Shown here piece by piece: positions 27,538-37,784 of a DNA stretch of 64,000 nucleotides. A program made the position numbers and the translations under genes. The notes under the pieces are model-generated. The model searched no databases. It saw only the letters and a list, made by a program, of their open reading frames with translations, and was not told the DNA's origin. This DNA is from Trueperaceae bacterium. Its GTDB lineage: Bacteria > Deinococcota > Deinococci > Deinococcales > Trueperaceae. Position 1 is the first letter of the stretch; the number at the start of each line of letters is the position of its first letter. Where the stretch lies: assembly GCA_965213925.1 (NCBI GenBank), contig OZ243927.1, positions 3,170,146 to 3,234,145 of the forward strand. Direction: 5' to 3'.

Positions 27538-28431
27538 TCATTCCTTCGAAGCGCCCAGCGTGATGCCCTTAACAAAGAAGCGTTGCACAAAGGGAAATAC
27601 GAGAATCAGCACGCCCACCCCGATAACCACCGCCGCCATGCGCGTATTCGGCAGGATGACGCCCAGACCGCTCGTCGTCTCGTTCTCCGACACGACCCCT
27701 TGCAAGGCGAGCTGAACGGTAAAGAGCCGCTCGTCCGTAAGGTAGAGCAGCGGCTCGGTGAACTGGTTCCATCTAGCGACGACCTCGAAGAGCCCGACCG
27801 CCGCTAGCCCCGGCGCACTCACCGGTAAGACCACGCGGAAAAAGAGTGCGAAGTGATTTGCCCCGTCAATCTTCGCCGCATCCAAAAGGGCGCGCGGCAC
27901 GCCCCGGAAATAGTTGAAGAGCAAAAAGATACTGAAGCCCGACAAAAGCCCGGCGATAACGAGCGCGGTGAGCGTGTTGAGCAGGCCGAGTTGCCGGTTC
28001 ACAATGTAGAGCGGGACCATGATGGCCTCGCTCGGCACGCTCATGCTCAGCGCGACGATGGCAACCGTCAGCGTGCGCAGAGTAAAGGCGCGTTGTAAGA
28101 GCGCATACGCCGCCCCCGCGCAGAAGAGAACGTGAAGCGTCGTGCCGATGCTCGTGACGATGAGGCTGTTCACAAAAGGTCGCCAGAGCTGGAGCCGCTG
28201 CCACGCAGCCTGGTAGCCCTCCACGCTCCACTCGCTCGGCAGGAGGCTAACGCCGCGCTGCACCGAGGCGATAGGCGTGGAGAACGAGAGCGAGAGCGCG
28301 TAGAGGAGCGGCACGGCGGTGAGCCCCATCAGGACGAGGGCAGCGAGGGCCAAGCCGAGGTCAGCGGGGTTGAGTTTGGGGTGGCCTGGGACTCGAGGCT
28401 TCTGTAGCGTACGCCGCTCTACCCTAGCCAT
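27538..28431 (-). CDS. carbohydrate ABC transporter permease (CUT1)
   Basis: 297 aa with motif DAAKIDGANHFALFFRVVLP. Confidence 0.9.
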   Translation of the reverse strand: MARVERRTLQKPRVPGHPKLNPADLGLALAALVLMGLTAVPLLYALSLSFSTPIASVQRGVSLLPSEWSVEGYQAAWQRLQLWRPFVNSLIVTSIGTTLHVLFCAGAAYALLQRAFTLRTLTVAIVALSMSVPSEAIMVPLYIVNRQLGLLNTLTALVIAGLLSGFSIFLLFNYFRGVPRALLDAAKIDGANHFALFFRVVLPVSAPGLAAVGLFEVVARWNQFTEPLLYLTDERLFTVQLALQGVVSENETTSGLGVILPNTRMAAVVIGVGVLILVFPFVQRFFVKGITLGASKE

Positions 28432-29312
28432 CAGTACAGCTCGCTTTCGGGCACGCGCAGCGTCCGGCGCAAGCCCGAGAGAAGCAGGACGCCGACGGCC
28501 ACCACCAGAAAGGACGCCGCTGCCGCCTCGCCTAGTTTGAACCCAGCGATGCCCCGGTCGTAAACGTAGGTCATAAGGACATCCACAGCTCTAGTCGTCG
28601 CGGGGTTGCGCAGGACGAAAACCTGGTCGAACATCTTGAGCGCCCCGACTAAGCTCAGCACGAAGACGACGAGCGCGGTCGGCGCGAGGAGCGGCAACGT
28701 CACAAAGCGGTGTTTACCCCAGCGCCCGGCCCCGTCAATGGTCGCCGCCTCATAGAGGTTCGGGTTGATGGCGCTCAGCGCCGCGAAGTAGAGAACCGCG
28801 TAGTAGCCCGCGTCTTTCCAGACCGCTAAGAGCACGTACACAGGCTTGGCGAGGTCCGGGCGAGCCAGCACGTGAACGGGCTCACCGCCGAGCCGCACCA
28901 GCACGTTGTTAAAGAGCCCCGTGTCCGGCGAGAGCACCTGAATCCAGATGCCGCCCACGACGATCCAGCTGAAGAGATGCGGCGTGTAGGTGATGGTCTG
29001 AGTGAGGTTGCGGAGCGGCGCGTACGGGAGTTCGTAGAGCAGGATCGCTAAGAAGATAGGCACGAGCGTACCGAGCACGACCATGCCGACCCCCATATAG
29101 AGCGTGTTGCGCAGCGCCCGCCAGAAGGCGCGGTCCGCTAAGACCTCTTCGTAGTTCTGCATTCCAACGAATGCGCCGCCGCCAAGCAAGCGCGGCTCAT
29201 GCAGGCTGATCCAAAACCCTTGAACGATGGGGTAGAGCGAGAAAATCGTGAAGTAGAGTAGCGCGGGCAGCGCCAAAAGGTAGAGCTGATAGTGACGCCT
29301 GAGATGTTTCAT
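28431..29312 (-). CDS. carbohydrate ABC transporter permease (CUT1)
   Basis: Motif EAATIDGAGRWGKHRFVTLP. The start is taken at ATG 29312 (MKHLRRHYQLY) rather than the longer ORF starting at 29372. Confidence 0.9.
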   Translation of the reverse strand: MKHLRRHYQLYLLALPALLYFTIFSLYPIVQGFWISLHEPRLLGGGAFVGMQNYEEVLADRAFWRALRNTLYMGVGMVVLGTLVPIFLAILLYELPYAPLRNLTQTITYTPHLFSWIVVGGIWIQVLSPDTGLFNNVLVRLGGEPVHVLARPDLAKPVYVLLAVWKDAGYYAVLYFAALSAINPNLYEAATIDGAGRWGKHRFVTLPLLAPTALVVFVLSLVGALKMFDQVFVLRNPATTRAVDVLMTYVYDRGIAGFKLGEAAAASFLVVAVGVLLLSGLRRTLRVPESELY

Positions 29313-29425
29313 AGCGTTTCCGGGCGGTTCACGAGTGAGCGTCGTACGCAGACAAATCAGGCGGAACGGCAAGAAAGCTCACCGAGATGCTTTCCCAGTG
29401 AGCTGACATTGCTCTATGTTGCGCT

Positions 29426-30769
29426 TTAGCGATCAATGAGCCCCGCACCCATCAGCTCGTCGTGCATCTGCGCGACGGCCTCTTCGACAGGCATCTCTCC
29501 TGTGATAGCGCGAAAGGCGTAGTCATTAACGATGGCCTCGGCTTCGGGCCAGTCGGCGGTAGACAGCTCCAGGGTCGCGTGCTGCATGACGATAGCCTCG
29601 GCCTCGGTGACGCCCGGCAGGGTGCCGAAGGGCGGCTCGACATTCTCGTTATACCAGCGCGGCACGCCGTGATCCAGGTTGTGCTCCTCGCCGATTTCGG
29701 TCAGCGTCATACTACCGTCCTCCGCGACTGTGTAGTCGTGCCCTTCGATACCCACTGAGCCCAACGTGATGCCCTCTTCGGTGTGCCAGTACTCGAGGAA
29801 CTGCCGGGCTGCATCAGGATTGGGCGCGTTCGCCGGGATACCCCACACGCTCGGGTCGCCGCGCCGCATGATGATGTTACCGTCCGGTCCCGTCGGCGCG
29901 GCGATGCCCATCGCTCGGAAGTCGGTGTTGGGGTCCTCATTCTGGCGCGTCGCGTTGAAGAGCCCGACCCAGGCGTCCCAGTAGGTCACCATGCCGACGC
30001 CGTCCGCGAGAAAGAGGTTGCGCATGTCCCCTGTGTCGTTGGTGACGAAGTTCGGGTCCATGATGCCCTGCTCGTATAACTCGCTCAGCCATTCGTAAGC
30101 GGGAATCGCCGCTTCAGTCGCGTAGGGAATGGTGCGCTGGTCGTCCTCCATGACGTAGCGTGCCTTGACGCCGTACGCACCGAAGAAGGGCTGGAGGTCG
30201 TAGAGCCCCGCCGAGGAGAGACCGTAGGTGTCGGCCTCGCCGTTACCGTCTGGGTCTTGCTCGACGAAGGCTGTGAGAACCGTGTCATATTCCTCGACGG
30301 TGGTCGGTACCTCTAAGCCCAACGTCTCGAGCCAATCCGCCCGTACAGTCGGCATGGTGCCGCCCTCGAACTTGTTGAAGACAGCGTAGATTTCGCCGTC
30401 GTAGGTAATTTGCTCCCACTCCTCGTCGGGGATGACCGATGGGTCGGACAGTTGCTCGCTCTGCTCGATAAAGTCGGTGAGGTTTAGAAGCGCGTCCTGC
30501 TCCACGAGAATGTCCATCAGCGGCGTGTTCATGTAGAGGAGGTCGAACTGCTCGCCGCCCCTTAGCGCCGTCTGAATAAACTGGTTGTAGTCGCCGGAGG
30601 CTTGAATCATGTCCACGCTAACCACGCCCAAGTCTGCAGCTAGTTCCTCCTCGAAGAGCTGCATCTCCTCGGGCGACTTGCCGCCTACGACGCCTGCGAC
30701 GATGCGCAGGTCTTGCGCGAAACCGATGCTCAGAAAAGTGAACGCCAAAACGGTGAAAAGAAATCGCAT
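29426..30769 (-). CDS. extracellular solute-binding protein (sugar ABC)
   Basis: 447 aa with signal peptide MRFLFTVLAFTFLSIGFAQ. Very acidic mature protein. Confidence 0.9.
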   Translation of the reverse strand: MRFLFTVLAFTFLSIGFAQDLRIVAGVVGGKSPEEMQLFEEELAADLGVVSVDMIQASGDYNQFIQTALRGGEQFDLLYMNTPLMDILVEQDALLNLTDFIEQSEQLSDPSVIPDEEWEQITYDGEIYAVFNKFEGGTMPTVRADWLETLGLEVPTTVEEYDTVLTAFVEQDPDGNGEADTYGLSSAGLYDLQPFFGAYGVKARYVMEDDQRTIPYATEAAIPAYEWLSELYEQGIMDPNFVTNDTGDMRNLFLADGVGMVTYWDAWVGLFNATRQNEDPNTDFRAMGIAAPTGPDGNIIMRRGDPSVWGIPANAPNPDAARQFLEYWHTEEGITLGSVGIEGHDYTVAEDGSMTLTEIGEEHNLDHGVPRWYNENVEPPFGTLPGVTEAEAIVMQHATLELSTADWPEAEAIVNDYAFRAITGEMPVEEAVAQMHDELMGAGLIDR

Positions 30770-30930
30770 GGTTGCCTCCTCATTTCTCCCTAGGATTTGG
30801 GGGCAGCTTACAGAGTGAGTGTCACAGGAAGTTCAGATGGATGCAGGTAGCGTCTGGTTTAAGCCCCCTTCGTCCTACAACGCACCATTGACCGCGCACG
30901 TCACAACGCTGATACGCGTTTAACGCAAGC

Positions 30931-32367
30931 TCACAGACTTCGCAGATAGATAGGATTCGAGAGCGCCCGCCGGTAGGGGCGTGCAGCGACCTTTTCAGGG
31001 GTTAGGTTTGAGGGCAAGCGTCCTTGAGCATGGGCTACCTGGACGACCTCGAGCACCCTTTTCCTACGTGCCTCACCCGCCCAGACCTCAGCGCGGACAA
31101 ACGTTTCTTCAGTTGAGACCCGTACATTTGAGGTGAAGGATTGCTCTATAATTTCCGCTCTATGAATGACGCCAGAACGTCCGACGAGCACGAGCACGTC
31201 ACCTTCTGCGCCGGTCACGCAGACCTCGAGCTCAATTTCCCCGCTCGCGGTGACGGTCTCGCCAGGTTCGCGTCCTGCTGCGCGAAGCTCGAGCCTCGGC
31301 CCTTCCGGTGACTCGGAGACGAACGCCCTACCGCGCTTGATGGCGTCCAAAACGGCATTCACGCTCAACTCCTCCATATAGAGCCAGGTCGTCGGGCTGC
31401 CGACCTGTAAGACCTCCGGGTCCGGGTCGGGGTAGCCGGGCTGGTGCCTATCGCTGCCGCCGACAAGCGTGACGCGCCGTCCGGCGCAGAGTAGGGCTTG
31501 ATACCTATCTAGCGCCTCCCAGTTGCGGTTCGCCCAAGGGCCGTTCCAGGCCTCGAGCGCGTGTACATCGGGAACGCCGAACTGCCAGTTCGGGCCGCCC
31601 GCTTTCGGGTGGTTGACCGAGGTGACGCCTCCCAAGTTGTGGGCACATGCTACGAGCCTCGCTAAATCCCCCTCAGACTGGAAGCGGAAGTCCACCCAGT
31701 CCGACGCGCCCCACACGTTCATGTGTCCTAAGTCGGTCGTCACTTCCTGTCCGGGAATAAGGAGCAGGTCACTCCGCGCTTGCAGGTGTGACACGTGGCT
31801 CACCGTATTGTGGTCAGTCACCGCTAAGAAAGTGAGCCTACGCCGCCGCGCCGCCATCACGAGGTCATCCGGCGAGCCCGCCGCGTCGCTGTGGAAGGTG
31901 TGCGCGTGCAGGTCGCCGGGGTGCCAGCCGGGAACGAAGTCGCCCATAGGCTGTGTGCTGAAAAGAGGAAGGGGGAGCGTGAGCGTGTCGGAGAGTTCGT
32001 CGAAGAGGAGCTCGAGCGCGTAGTCGCACCCCTCCGCCGCAACCTTATGAAGCCCCAGAAGGACGTGCCAGGTTCCTGTAATGAGAGGGCCAGGCAGATA
32101 CCCAGGCGTCGCCGCCTCGGATGTAATCACGAAGCGGTCACGGAAGCCGCCGCTCCAGCCGCGAAAGCCGCGCGTATTAGGGTAGACCTCCGGTCTGAAG
32201 CGAGGGTCAGCGACGCCTAGGTCGAGGACGTTCTCTCCTGCGTGACTCGGGTAATCGAGCCGAACTTCCAAGCGCTCAGCACATTCGGGCATCTCGAAGG
32301 GAATGTAGAGATAGCGCGACGCATCCCGCTGTGCTCGAGCGATACGTCCTCGAAGACTACGCTGCAC
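30931..32367 (-). CDS. PHP-domain metallohydrolase (CehA/McbA family)
   Basis: GDLHAHTFHSDAAG..LTFLAVTDHNT..GQEVTT..NHP are PHP metal-ligand motifs. About 140 aa of N-terminal beta-sandwich. GTG start. Confidence 0.75.
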   Translation of the reverse strand: MQRSLRGRIARAQRDASRYLYIPFEMPECAERLEVRLDYPSHAGENVLDLGVADPRFRPEVYPNTRGFRGWSGGFRDRFVITSEAATPGYLPGPLITGTWHVLLGLHKVAAEGCDYALELLFDELSDTLTLPLPLFSTQPMGDFVPGWHPGDLHAHTFHSDAAGSPDDLVMAARRRRLTFLAVTDHNTVSHVSHLQARSDLLLIPGQEVTTDLGHMNVWGASDWVDFRFQSEGDLARLVACAHNLGGVTSVNHPKAGGPNWQFGVPDVHALEAWNGPWANRNWEALDRYQALLCAGRRVTLVGGSDRHQPGYPDPDPEVLQVGSPTTWLYMEELSVNAVLDAIKRGRAFVSESPEGPRLELRAAGREPGETVTASGEIELEVCVTGAEGDVLVLVGRSGVIHRAEIIEQSFTSNVRVSTEETFVRAEVWAGEARRKRVLEVVQVAHAQGRLPSNLTPEKVAARPYRRALSNPIYLRSL

Positions 32368-32489
32368 CGTTAGCCGCGCTCGAGGCAGTACAGAGTCACT
32401 GCGACACCCATCACAGTGTACCTCTCTCGGTGCGCTGCTTCGGGCGGAAACGCTTCACGGTCAAGGCTAAGATGGCTCATCGTATAAGT

Positions 32490-32644
32490 TAGCAGTTCCA
32501 CGACACACTGAGACAGAATGTCGCAGATATCATCCCTTAAAGTGCGTGCTAGTTATGTAATTTTCACGCAGTGAAACATCCTTTTGCAAAGTGAGAGTGT
32601 TGCTTCGCAGAACTACGTACACTCTGACCAGATGATACCTGCTA
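32490..32644 (+). repeat. MITE-like element R1, copy A (155 bp)
   Basis: TAGCAG...CTGCTA termini, flanked by the 3-bp direct repeat AGT. Has an extra internal hairpin AGAGTGT/ACACTCT at 32594..32625. Confidence 0.85.
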
Positions 32645-32746
32645 AGTGTAACGCTCGTTATAGACCTGAAAAGTCATCGCACGGTCAGCCCGAACGAGGC
32701 GCTTTGCTGCTGACCTCACCTTGACATCGCCCCGCTACCTTGAAGC

Positions 32747-33640
32747 GTGATCACGAGGCTGCGGCGTTCCAGAAGGGTCTACGACTGGCCCGCGTACCTC
32801 TACGTCTTGCCCGCGCTCTTTTTCCTAGCGGTTTTTCTGCTCTGGCCGACGGTGTATTCGCTGATTTTAAGCGTGCAGCGCTGGGACTTCTTGAGTGAGA
32901 ATCGGCCCTTCGTGGGGTTGGAGAACTACCGGGATTTGCTTGGCAGCAGCGAGTTTCGCAATTCGCTCCGCGTGACCCTACTCTTCGTCGCTGTATCGGT
33001 GCCGGTGCGCCTGGTTCTGGCTTTAGGGCTGGCCCACCTCGTCCTGCGCGAGACACGTCTCAACCGCTTTCTGCGCGGCGCGTACTTCTTACCCGTGGTG
33101 TCCTCCTCGGTCGCCATCGCGCTCGTGTGGCGCTACCTCTTCAATACGGACGCAGGGCTCGTCAACGCGCTCCTGACCGGGCTCGGCACGTCGCGCGTGC
33201 CCTGGCTCATCGACCCGAACACGGCGCTCTGGGCGGTCGTCATCGTGAGCGTGTGGCAGAGTCTCGGCTACGACATCGTCCTCTTCATCGCAGGGCTCCA
33301 GGCGATTCCCAAGGAGTACGTCGATGCGGCTCGCATCGACGGGGCAAGCGGCTGGCAAGTCTTCCGCTCGGTGACCTGGCCGCTCCTGACGCCTACCACC
33401 TTTTTCATCCTGGTCGTCTCGGTCATCGGCTCGTTTCAGGTCTTCGCGGTCGTGAACGTGATGACGGGCGGCGGCCCGGCGCTAGGTACCGATGTACTTG
33501 TCAACCTGCTCTACCGCCGTGCCTTCGTCTATTTCGATATCGGACGGGCGTCAGCCTTGGCCGTCGTACTGCTCGTGATTCTGCTCATTCTCACCTACGT
33601 TCAGTTCCGTGTGGCCGGGCGGCGGGTGCACTATGGCTGA
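32747..33640 (+). CDS. ABC transporter permease (UgpA/CUT1-like)
   Basis: 297 aa with motif DAARIDGASGWQVFRSVTWP. Confidence 0.9.
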   Translation: MITRLRRSRRVYDWPAYLYVLPALFFLAVFLLWPTVYSLILSVQRWDFLSENRPFVGLENYRDLLGSSEFRNSLRVTLLFVAVSVPVRLVLALGLAHLVLRETRLNRFLRGAYFLPVVSSSVAIALVWRYLFNTDAGLVNALLTGLGTSRVPWLIDPNTALWAVVIVSVWQSLGYDIVLFIAGLQAIPKEYVDAARIDGASGWQVFRSVTWPLLTPTTFFILVVSVIGSFQVFAVVNVMTGGGPALGTDVLVNLLYRRAFVYFDIGRASALAVVLLVILLILTYVQFRVAGRRVHYG

Positions 33641-34535
33641 CGCACGTTTCAGGCGGAACCGCGAAGCCGCGAAAGGGTTGCCTCGGGCTGCCCGTACTAA
33701 GGTCTTCCTACCCTTCGGGCGCATTCTCGCGGTAATAACAGCCCTCTTTGCCGGACTCGTTATGGTCACACCCTTCCTCATCACCCTCAGTACCTCGCTC
33801 ATGACCCTAATCGAAGCCTTCCGCTTCCCGCCACAACTTCTGCCCAACGACCCGCAGTGGCGCAACTACCTCCTTGCCTGGACGGGCGCGCCCTTCGCGC
33901 GCTACTTCTTCAACACGCTCGTGATGGCTTCGGCAATCACCGCCGGGCAGCTTCTGACCTCCATCCTGGCGGCCTACGCCTTCGCGCGGCTGCGCTTCGT
34001 CGGTAAAAATCTTCTCTTCGGGCTCTTCCTCGCCACGCTGATGATTCCCGCCCAAGTGGTGCTCATCCCCAACTATCTGACGCTCTCCAATCTCGGCCTC
34101 ATCAACACTTTCGGCGCGCTCATCCTGCCCTTTCTCGCGAGCGGCTTTAGCGTCTTTCTCATCCGGCAGCACTTCAAGAGCATTCCGCAGGAGTTAGAGG
34201 ACGCCGCCCGCATCGACGGGGCGAGCCGCTTCACGACCCTATGGCGTATCTTCGTGCCGCTCGCCAAACCTGCGATTGCCACTGCCGGACTCTTCACTTT
34301 CCTAAGCGAGTGGAACGCCTACTTGTGGCCTCTCATCGTCACCGACTCCCAAGATATGCGCACCGTGCAGATCGGTTTAGCGAGCTTTCTCGCGGTGAGC
34401 CAGGAGGAGGGGCTGACAAACTGGCCGGTCGTTCTTGCCGCGAGTGTTCTGGTGCTCTTACCGACGCTAATCGCCTTCGCGCTGGCTGAGAAGCAGCTCG
34501 TTAAGGGAATTGCGCTTTCAGGGCTGAAGGGTTGA
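33633..34535 (+). CDS. ABC transporter permease (UgpE/CUT1-like)
   Basis: Motif DAARIDGASRFTTLWRIFVP. ATG 33633 overlaps the upstream stop codon. Confidence 0.9.
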   Translation: MADARFRRNREAAKGLPRAARTKVFLPFGRILAVITALFAGLVMVTPFLITLSTSLMTLIEAFRFPPQLLPNDPQWRNYLLAWTGAPFARYFFNTLVMASAITAGQLLTSILAAYAFARLRFVGKNLLFGLFLATLMIPAQVVLIPNYLTLSNLGLINTFGALILPFLASGFSVFLIRQHFKSIPQELEDAARIDGASRFTTLWRIFVPLAKPAIATAGLFTFLSEWNAYLWPLIVTDSQDMRTVQIGLASFLAVSQEEGLTNWPVVLAASVLVLLPTLIAFALAEKQLVKGIALSGLKG

Positions 34536-34674
34536 TAAGGAGATATAAGGAGAACTGCCGGTGCTCTTTCTCCTCATCTCCCTATCCCAAATCTTCAGCT
34601 CTCACGCCACCTAAGTCTTTCGCGCCCGCACTATCCGCACCGGCGCTGGACAAATCCGCACGTTGGAGGAATTC

Positions 34675-35922
34675 ATGAAACACTTCGCCCTGCTCGCCGC
34701 GCTACTCCTAACCTTCGCCACCTTCGCCCAGGCTCAAACGACCCTCACCTTCTGGCACTCATTCGGGGACAACGACGCGATGCAAACCCTTATCGAGGAG
34801 TTCAACGCCTCGCACGACGACATCCAAATTGAGGGGGTGGACGCGGGCAACTACAACGAGATGATCACGCGCTTACAAGCGGCTGTCGTGTCGGGCCGCG
34901 TGCCGGACGTGGTGCAGTTAGAGATCACCCGCTACGGCATCTTCGCAGACCGGAACGTGCTGCTGCCTCTGGACGAGCTGATTAGCAGCACGGGCTTCGA
35001 CACGGGCGACCTCATCCCCGGCATCTGGGAAGCGGCGCAGTACGGGGACACGCCCTATGTGATTCCTTTTAACAACTCCGTGCCGGTCATGTACTACAAC
35101 AAGGACCTCTTCCGCGAAGCGGGCTTAGACCCCGAGAGCCCGCCCGCGACTTGGGATGAACTGGTATCGGCCGCGAATACCCTCACCGTGCAAGAGAACG
35201 GCGAGACGGTCCAGTACGGTCTAAGCGCCCCGCCCCAGTGGGTGCGCCACGCCTTTGTGCGGCAAAACGGCGGCGACTGGATGGACGAGGCCGTGACCGA
35301 GCTGACTCTGACCGCGCCCGAAGCGGTAGAAACTTACAGCTTTTTGCATGACCTCATCTACAAAGAAGAGGTCGCCTACGCCGAAGCGGGCATTGACGCC
35401 AACGAAGACCTCTCCGACCAGGACTTCTTCTCGGGCCGCACCGCCATGATCTTCACCTCGACGGGCAACCTAGGCAGTTTCCAAGAGGATACGGACTTCG
35501 AGCTGGGCGTCGCACCCTTACCCTGCAACGAGGTCTGCGCGGCCCCCATCGGCGGGGCGACTTTAGGCATCGTCGCGAGCATCCCCGAGGAGCAGCAGCA
35601 AGCCGCGTGGACCTTCATCAGTTGGATGACCAACACCGAGAACAACGCCTACTGGCACACCGAGACGGGCTATATGCCGATTCGCGCGAGCACCTTGGAG
35701 AACCAGACCTCGCAGGAATTCTACGCGCAGAACCCCAACTTCAAGATTGCCATCGACCAGTTCCAGGCCTCGAGCTTCCCCCGCCCGCGCCCGCCCGCGA
35801 TGCCGGCGATTCGTGAACTGGAGTTGACGACGTGGGAGGAGATTGCTACGAATACCAAGAGCGTGGAGCAAGCCTTACAAGACCTCAAGACGGAGGCGGA
35901 TGCGCTGCTGGCAGGAAACTAG
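34675..35922 (+). CDS. extracellular solute-binding protein (UgpB/CUT1-like)
   Basis: Signal peptide MKHFALLAALLLTFATFAQA. 415 aa. Confidence 0.9.
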   Translation: MKHFALLAALLLTFATFAQAQTTLTFWHSFGDNDAMQTLIEEFNASHDDIQIEGVDAGNYNEMITRLQAAVVSGRVPDVVQLEITRYGIFADRNVLLPLDELISSTGFDTGDLIPGIWEAAQYGDTPYVIPFNNSVPVMYYNKDLFREAGLDPESPPATWDELVSAANTLTVQENGETVQYGLSAPPQWVRHAFVRQNGGDWMDEAVTELTLTAPEAVETYSFLHDLIYKEEVAYAEAGIDANEDLSDQDFFSGRTAMIFTSTGNLGSFQEDTDFELGVAPLPCNEVCAAPIGGATLGIVASIPEEQQQAAWTFISWMTNTENNAYWHTETGYMPIRASTLENQTSQEFYAQNPNFKIAIDQFQASSFPRPRPPAMPAIRELELTTWEEIATNTKSVEQALQDLKTEADALLAGN

Positions 35923-35969
35923 AAGTAGGGAGCAAGGAGTAAGAAGCAAGGAGGATCTGGTGAGGGGCG

Positions 35970-36695
35970 ATGCGCTCCTCACCTCACGCTATGGACCAGA
36001 CAGCGTTCAAAATCATTGCCCACCGGGGTGCGTCGGCGGACGCGCCAGGCAACAGCGCCGAAGCGTTCGAGCTTGCGATTGCGCAAAAGGCCGACCTCAT
36101 CGAGACGGACGTGCGGCTCACGGCGGACGGGGTGCTCGTGCTGGAACACGACCGACAAGTTGAGGGCTTGGAAGTTCAGTACAGCACCCTGGCAGCCCTA
36201 CGCAAGGTCAAACCGCACCTCTTGACAGTGGCGGGAGCCCTGCGAGAGTTCGGCCACCGCATCCCCTTCTGCTTCGAGTGTAAGGCGGCGAACCTCGAGC
36301 ACGCCCTTCTCTACCTCGTCAAAGACTTGCTTCCCGAGGCGATATGGCAGCAGACGGAATTTACTTCGTTCAACTTCATGAGTGCGGTGACGTGTCAGAA
36401 ACTGCTTGGCACACTGGGCGACGCCAACCAGGTGGGCTGGCTGACGCGGCAGTGGGACGAAGAGGCTACCAAGTTCACTCGAGAGATAGGGCTCGCGCAG
36501 CTCTGTCCGCCTGCAGCGGCGGTCTTAGCACGCCCCGAGCTGGTCCAAACAGCGAAGGACGCTGGGCTTAACGTGCGCGTGTGGCTCGTGACGGAGCCGG
36601 AGATGGTGCCTGACTTGGCGGACGCGGGCGTGTACGGCGGGACGGTCAATTTTCCTGCGGAGGTCGTAAAACTGTTCAGCTCGAAGGTTGGCTGA
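35970..36695 (+). CDS. glycerophosphodiester phosphodiesterase (GDPD, UgpQ-like)
   Basis: FKIIAHRGASADAPGNSAEAF..ADLIETDVRLTADGVLVLEHD. Confidence 0.85.
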   Translation: MRSSPHAMDQTAFKIIAHRGASADAPGNSAEAFELAIAQKADLIETDVRLTADGVLVLEHDRQVEGLEVQYSTLAALRKVKPHLLTVAGALREFGHRIPFCFECKAANLEHALLYLVKDLLPEAIWQQTEFTSFNFMSAVTCQKLLGTLGDANQVGWLTRQWDEEATKFTREIGLAQLCPPAAAVLARPELVQTAKDAGLNVRVWLVTEPEMVPDLADAGVYGGTVNFPAEVVKLFSSKVG

Positions 36696-36793
36696 GCTGG
36701 TTTCTGCGATAAACGCGCATTATATGCGCAAAGCTTAGACAGTACAAAGCGTATTCCAAAGAAATTTGCGGAGAAAAAACACCTTTAATACTA

Positions 36794-36904
36794 TAGCAGT
36801 TCCACTTATCATTGCTACATTTCTTCGCAGATATCATCACTTAAAGTGCGTGCTAAACGGTGTCCTTTTTAGTGAGAGTGTAGCTGACCAGATGATACCT
36901 GCTA
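36794..36904 (+). repeat. MITE-like element R1, copy B (111 bp)
   Basis: Flanked by the 3-bp direct repeat CTA. The right-hand CTA (36905..36907) is the TAG stop of the IclR gene on the other strand. Confidence 0.85.
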
Positions 36905-37699
36905 CTACAAGACGCGACCAGACGCTTCGGCTGCTGTTCGGACCGCCTGAGCGTACTGCGCCTGAGCTTCTACACTCAGCCGGGCGGTGAACCCGGCAAC
37001 GGCAAGCGCCCCTCTAAGCCGTTCTTTTGCGTCGAGGATAGGTGAAGCGACCGAGAACTCACCCTGCGCGTAGTCGTCTCGAGAAACACGCACTCGCTCC
37101 CTCTGTACCCGGGTAAGCTCCTCACGCAAAGCTTCCTCGTCTACAAGGGTCAAATTGGTAAAAGCTTGACGCGGCGTGGCTAAGAGCTGCTCGAGTACCC
37201 CTCCAGGTGAGAAGGCTAGCATCGCCACGCCCATCCCGCCGACGTAGAGCGGAATCTTCGAGCCGATTGGGTAGCTCACGCGAAGCGAACGGCGCGACTC
37301 GCGCGCGTCCACAATCATACGCTCCGCGCCGACGGGAATGGAGAGCAAGACGGTCTCGCCGCTCAGCTCAGCTAATGCGTCCAGGTGCGGCGCGGTGGCG
37401 GCGATGAGGTCAAACGGCCAGGCGGCCTGCTGACCCAGGAGGTGCAGCTTCGGCCCTAAGCGGTAGCGCTTGCCCGGCTCGCGGGTGACGTAGTCTGCGC
37501 CCTCCAAGGTCGCTAAAAGGCGAAAGGTCTGGTTCGTTGTAAAGCCGGTCTGCCGTGCGAGGTCGCTCAGGGTGGGCGCGTCTGCGGCGGCCAAGGTCTC
37601 GAGCAACTGCAGCGCGTTTTGGACACTCTGGACGGTCGGGAGGGCTTTCGGCGGTGAGACATCTCGGCGGGTACGCGTCGCATGATGTGAAGATGACAT
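36905..37699 (-). CDS. IclR family transcriptional regulator
   Basis: N-terminal wHTH ..SVQNALQLLETLAAADAPTLSDLARQTGFTTNQTFRLLATL.. and a C-terminal IclR effector domain. Confidence 0.85.
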   Translation of the reverse strand: MSSSHHATRTRRDVSPPKALPTVQSVQNALQLLETLAAADAPTLSDLARQTGFTTNQTFRLLATLEGADYVTREPGKRYRLGPKLHLLGQQAAWPFDLIAATAPHLDALAELSGETVLLSIPVGAERMIVDARESRRSLRVSYPIGSKIPLYVGGMGVAMLAFSPGGVLEQLLATPRQAFTNLTLVDEEALREELTRVQRERVRVSRDDYAQGEFSVASPILDAKERLRGALAVAGFTARLSVEAQAQYAQAVRTAAEASGRVL

Positions 37700-37784
37700 C
37701 GTTTTCCTATCATAACCCTGTCCGGTTAGCAGAAACGTTTTTCTGGTGAACAGAAAATATCAACCCGGGCCCTGGGAGGACAGA

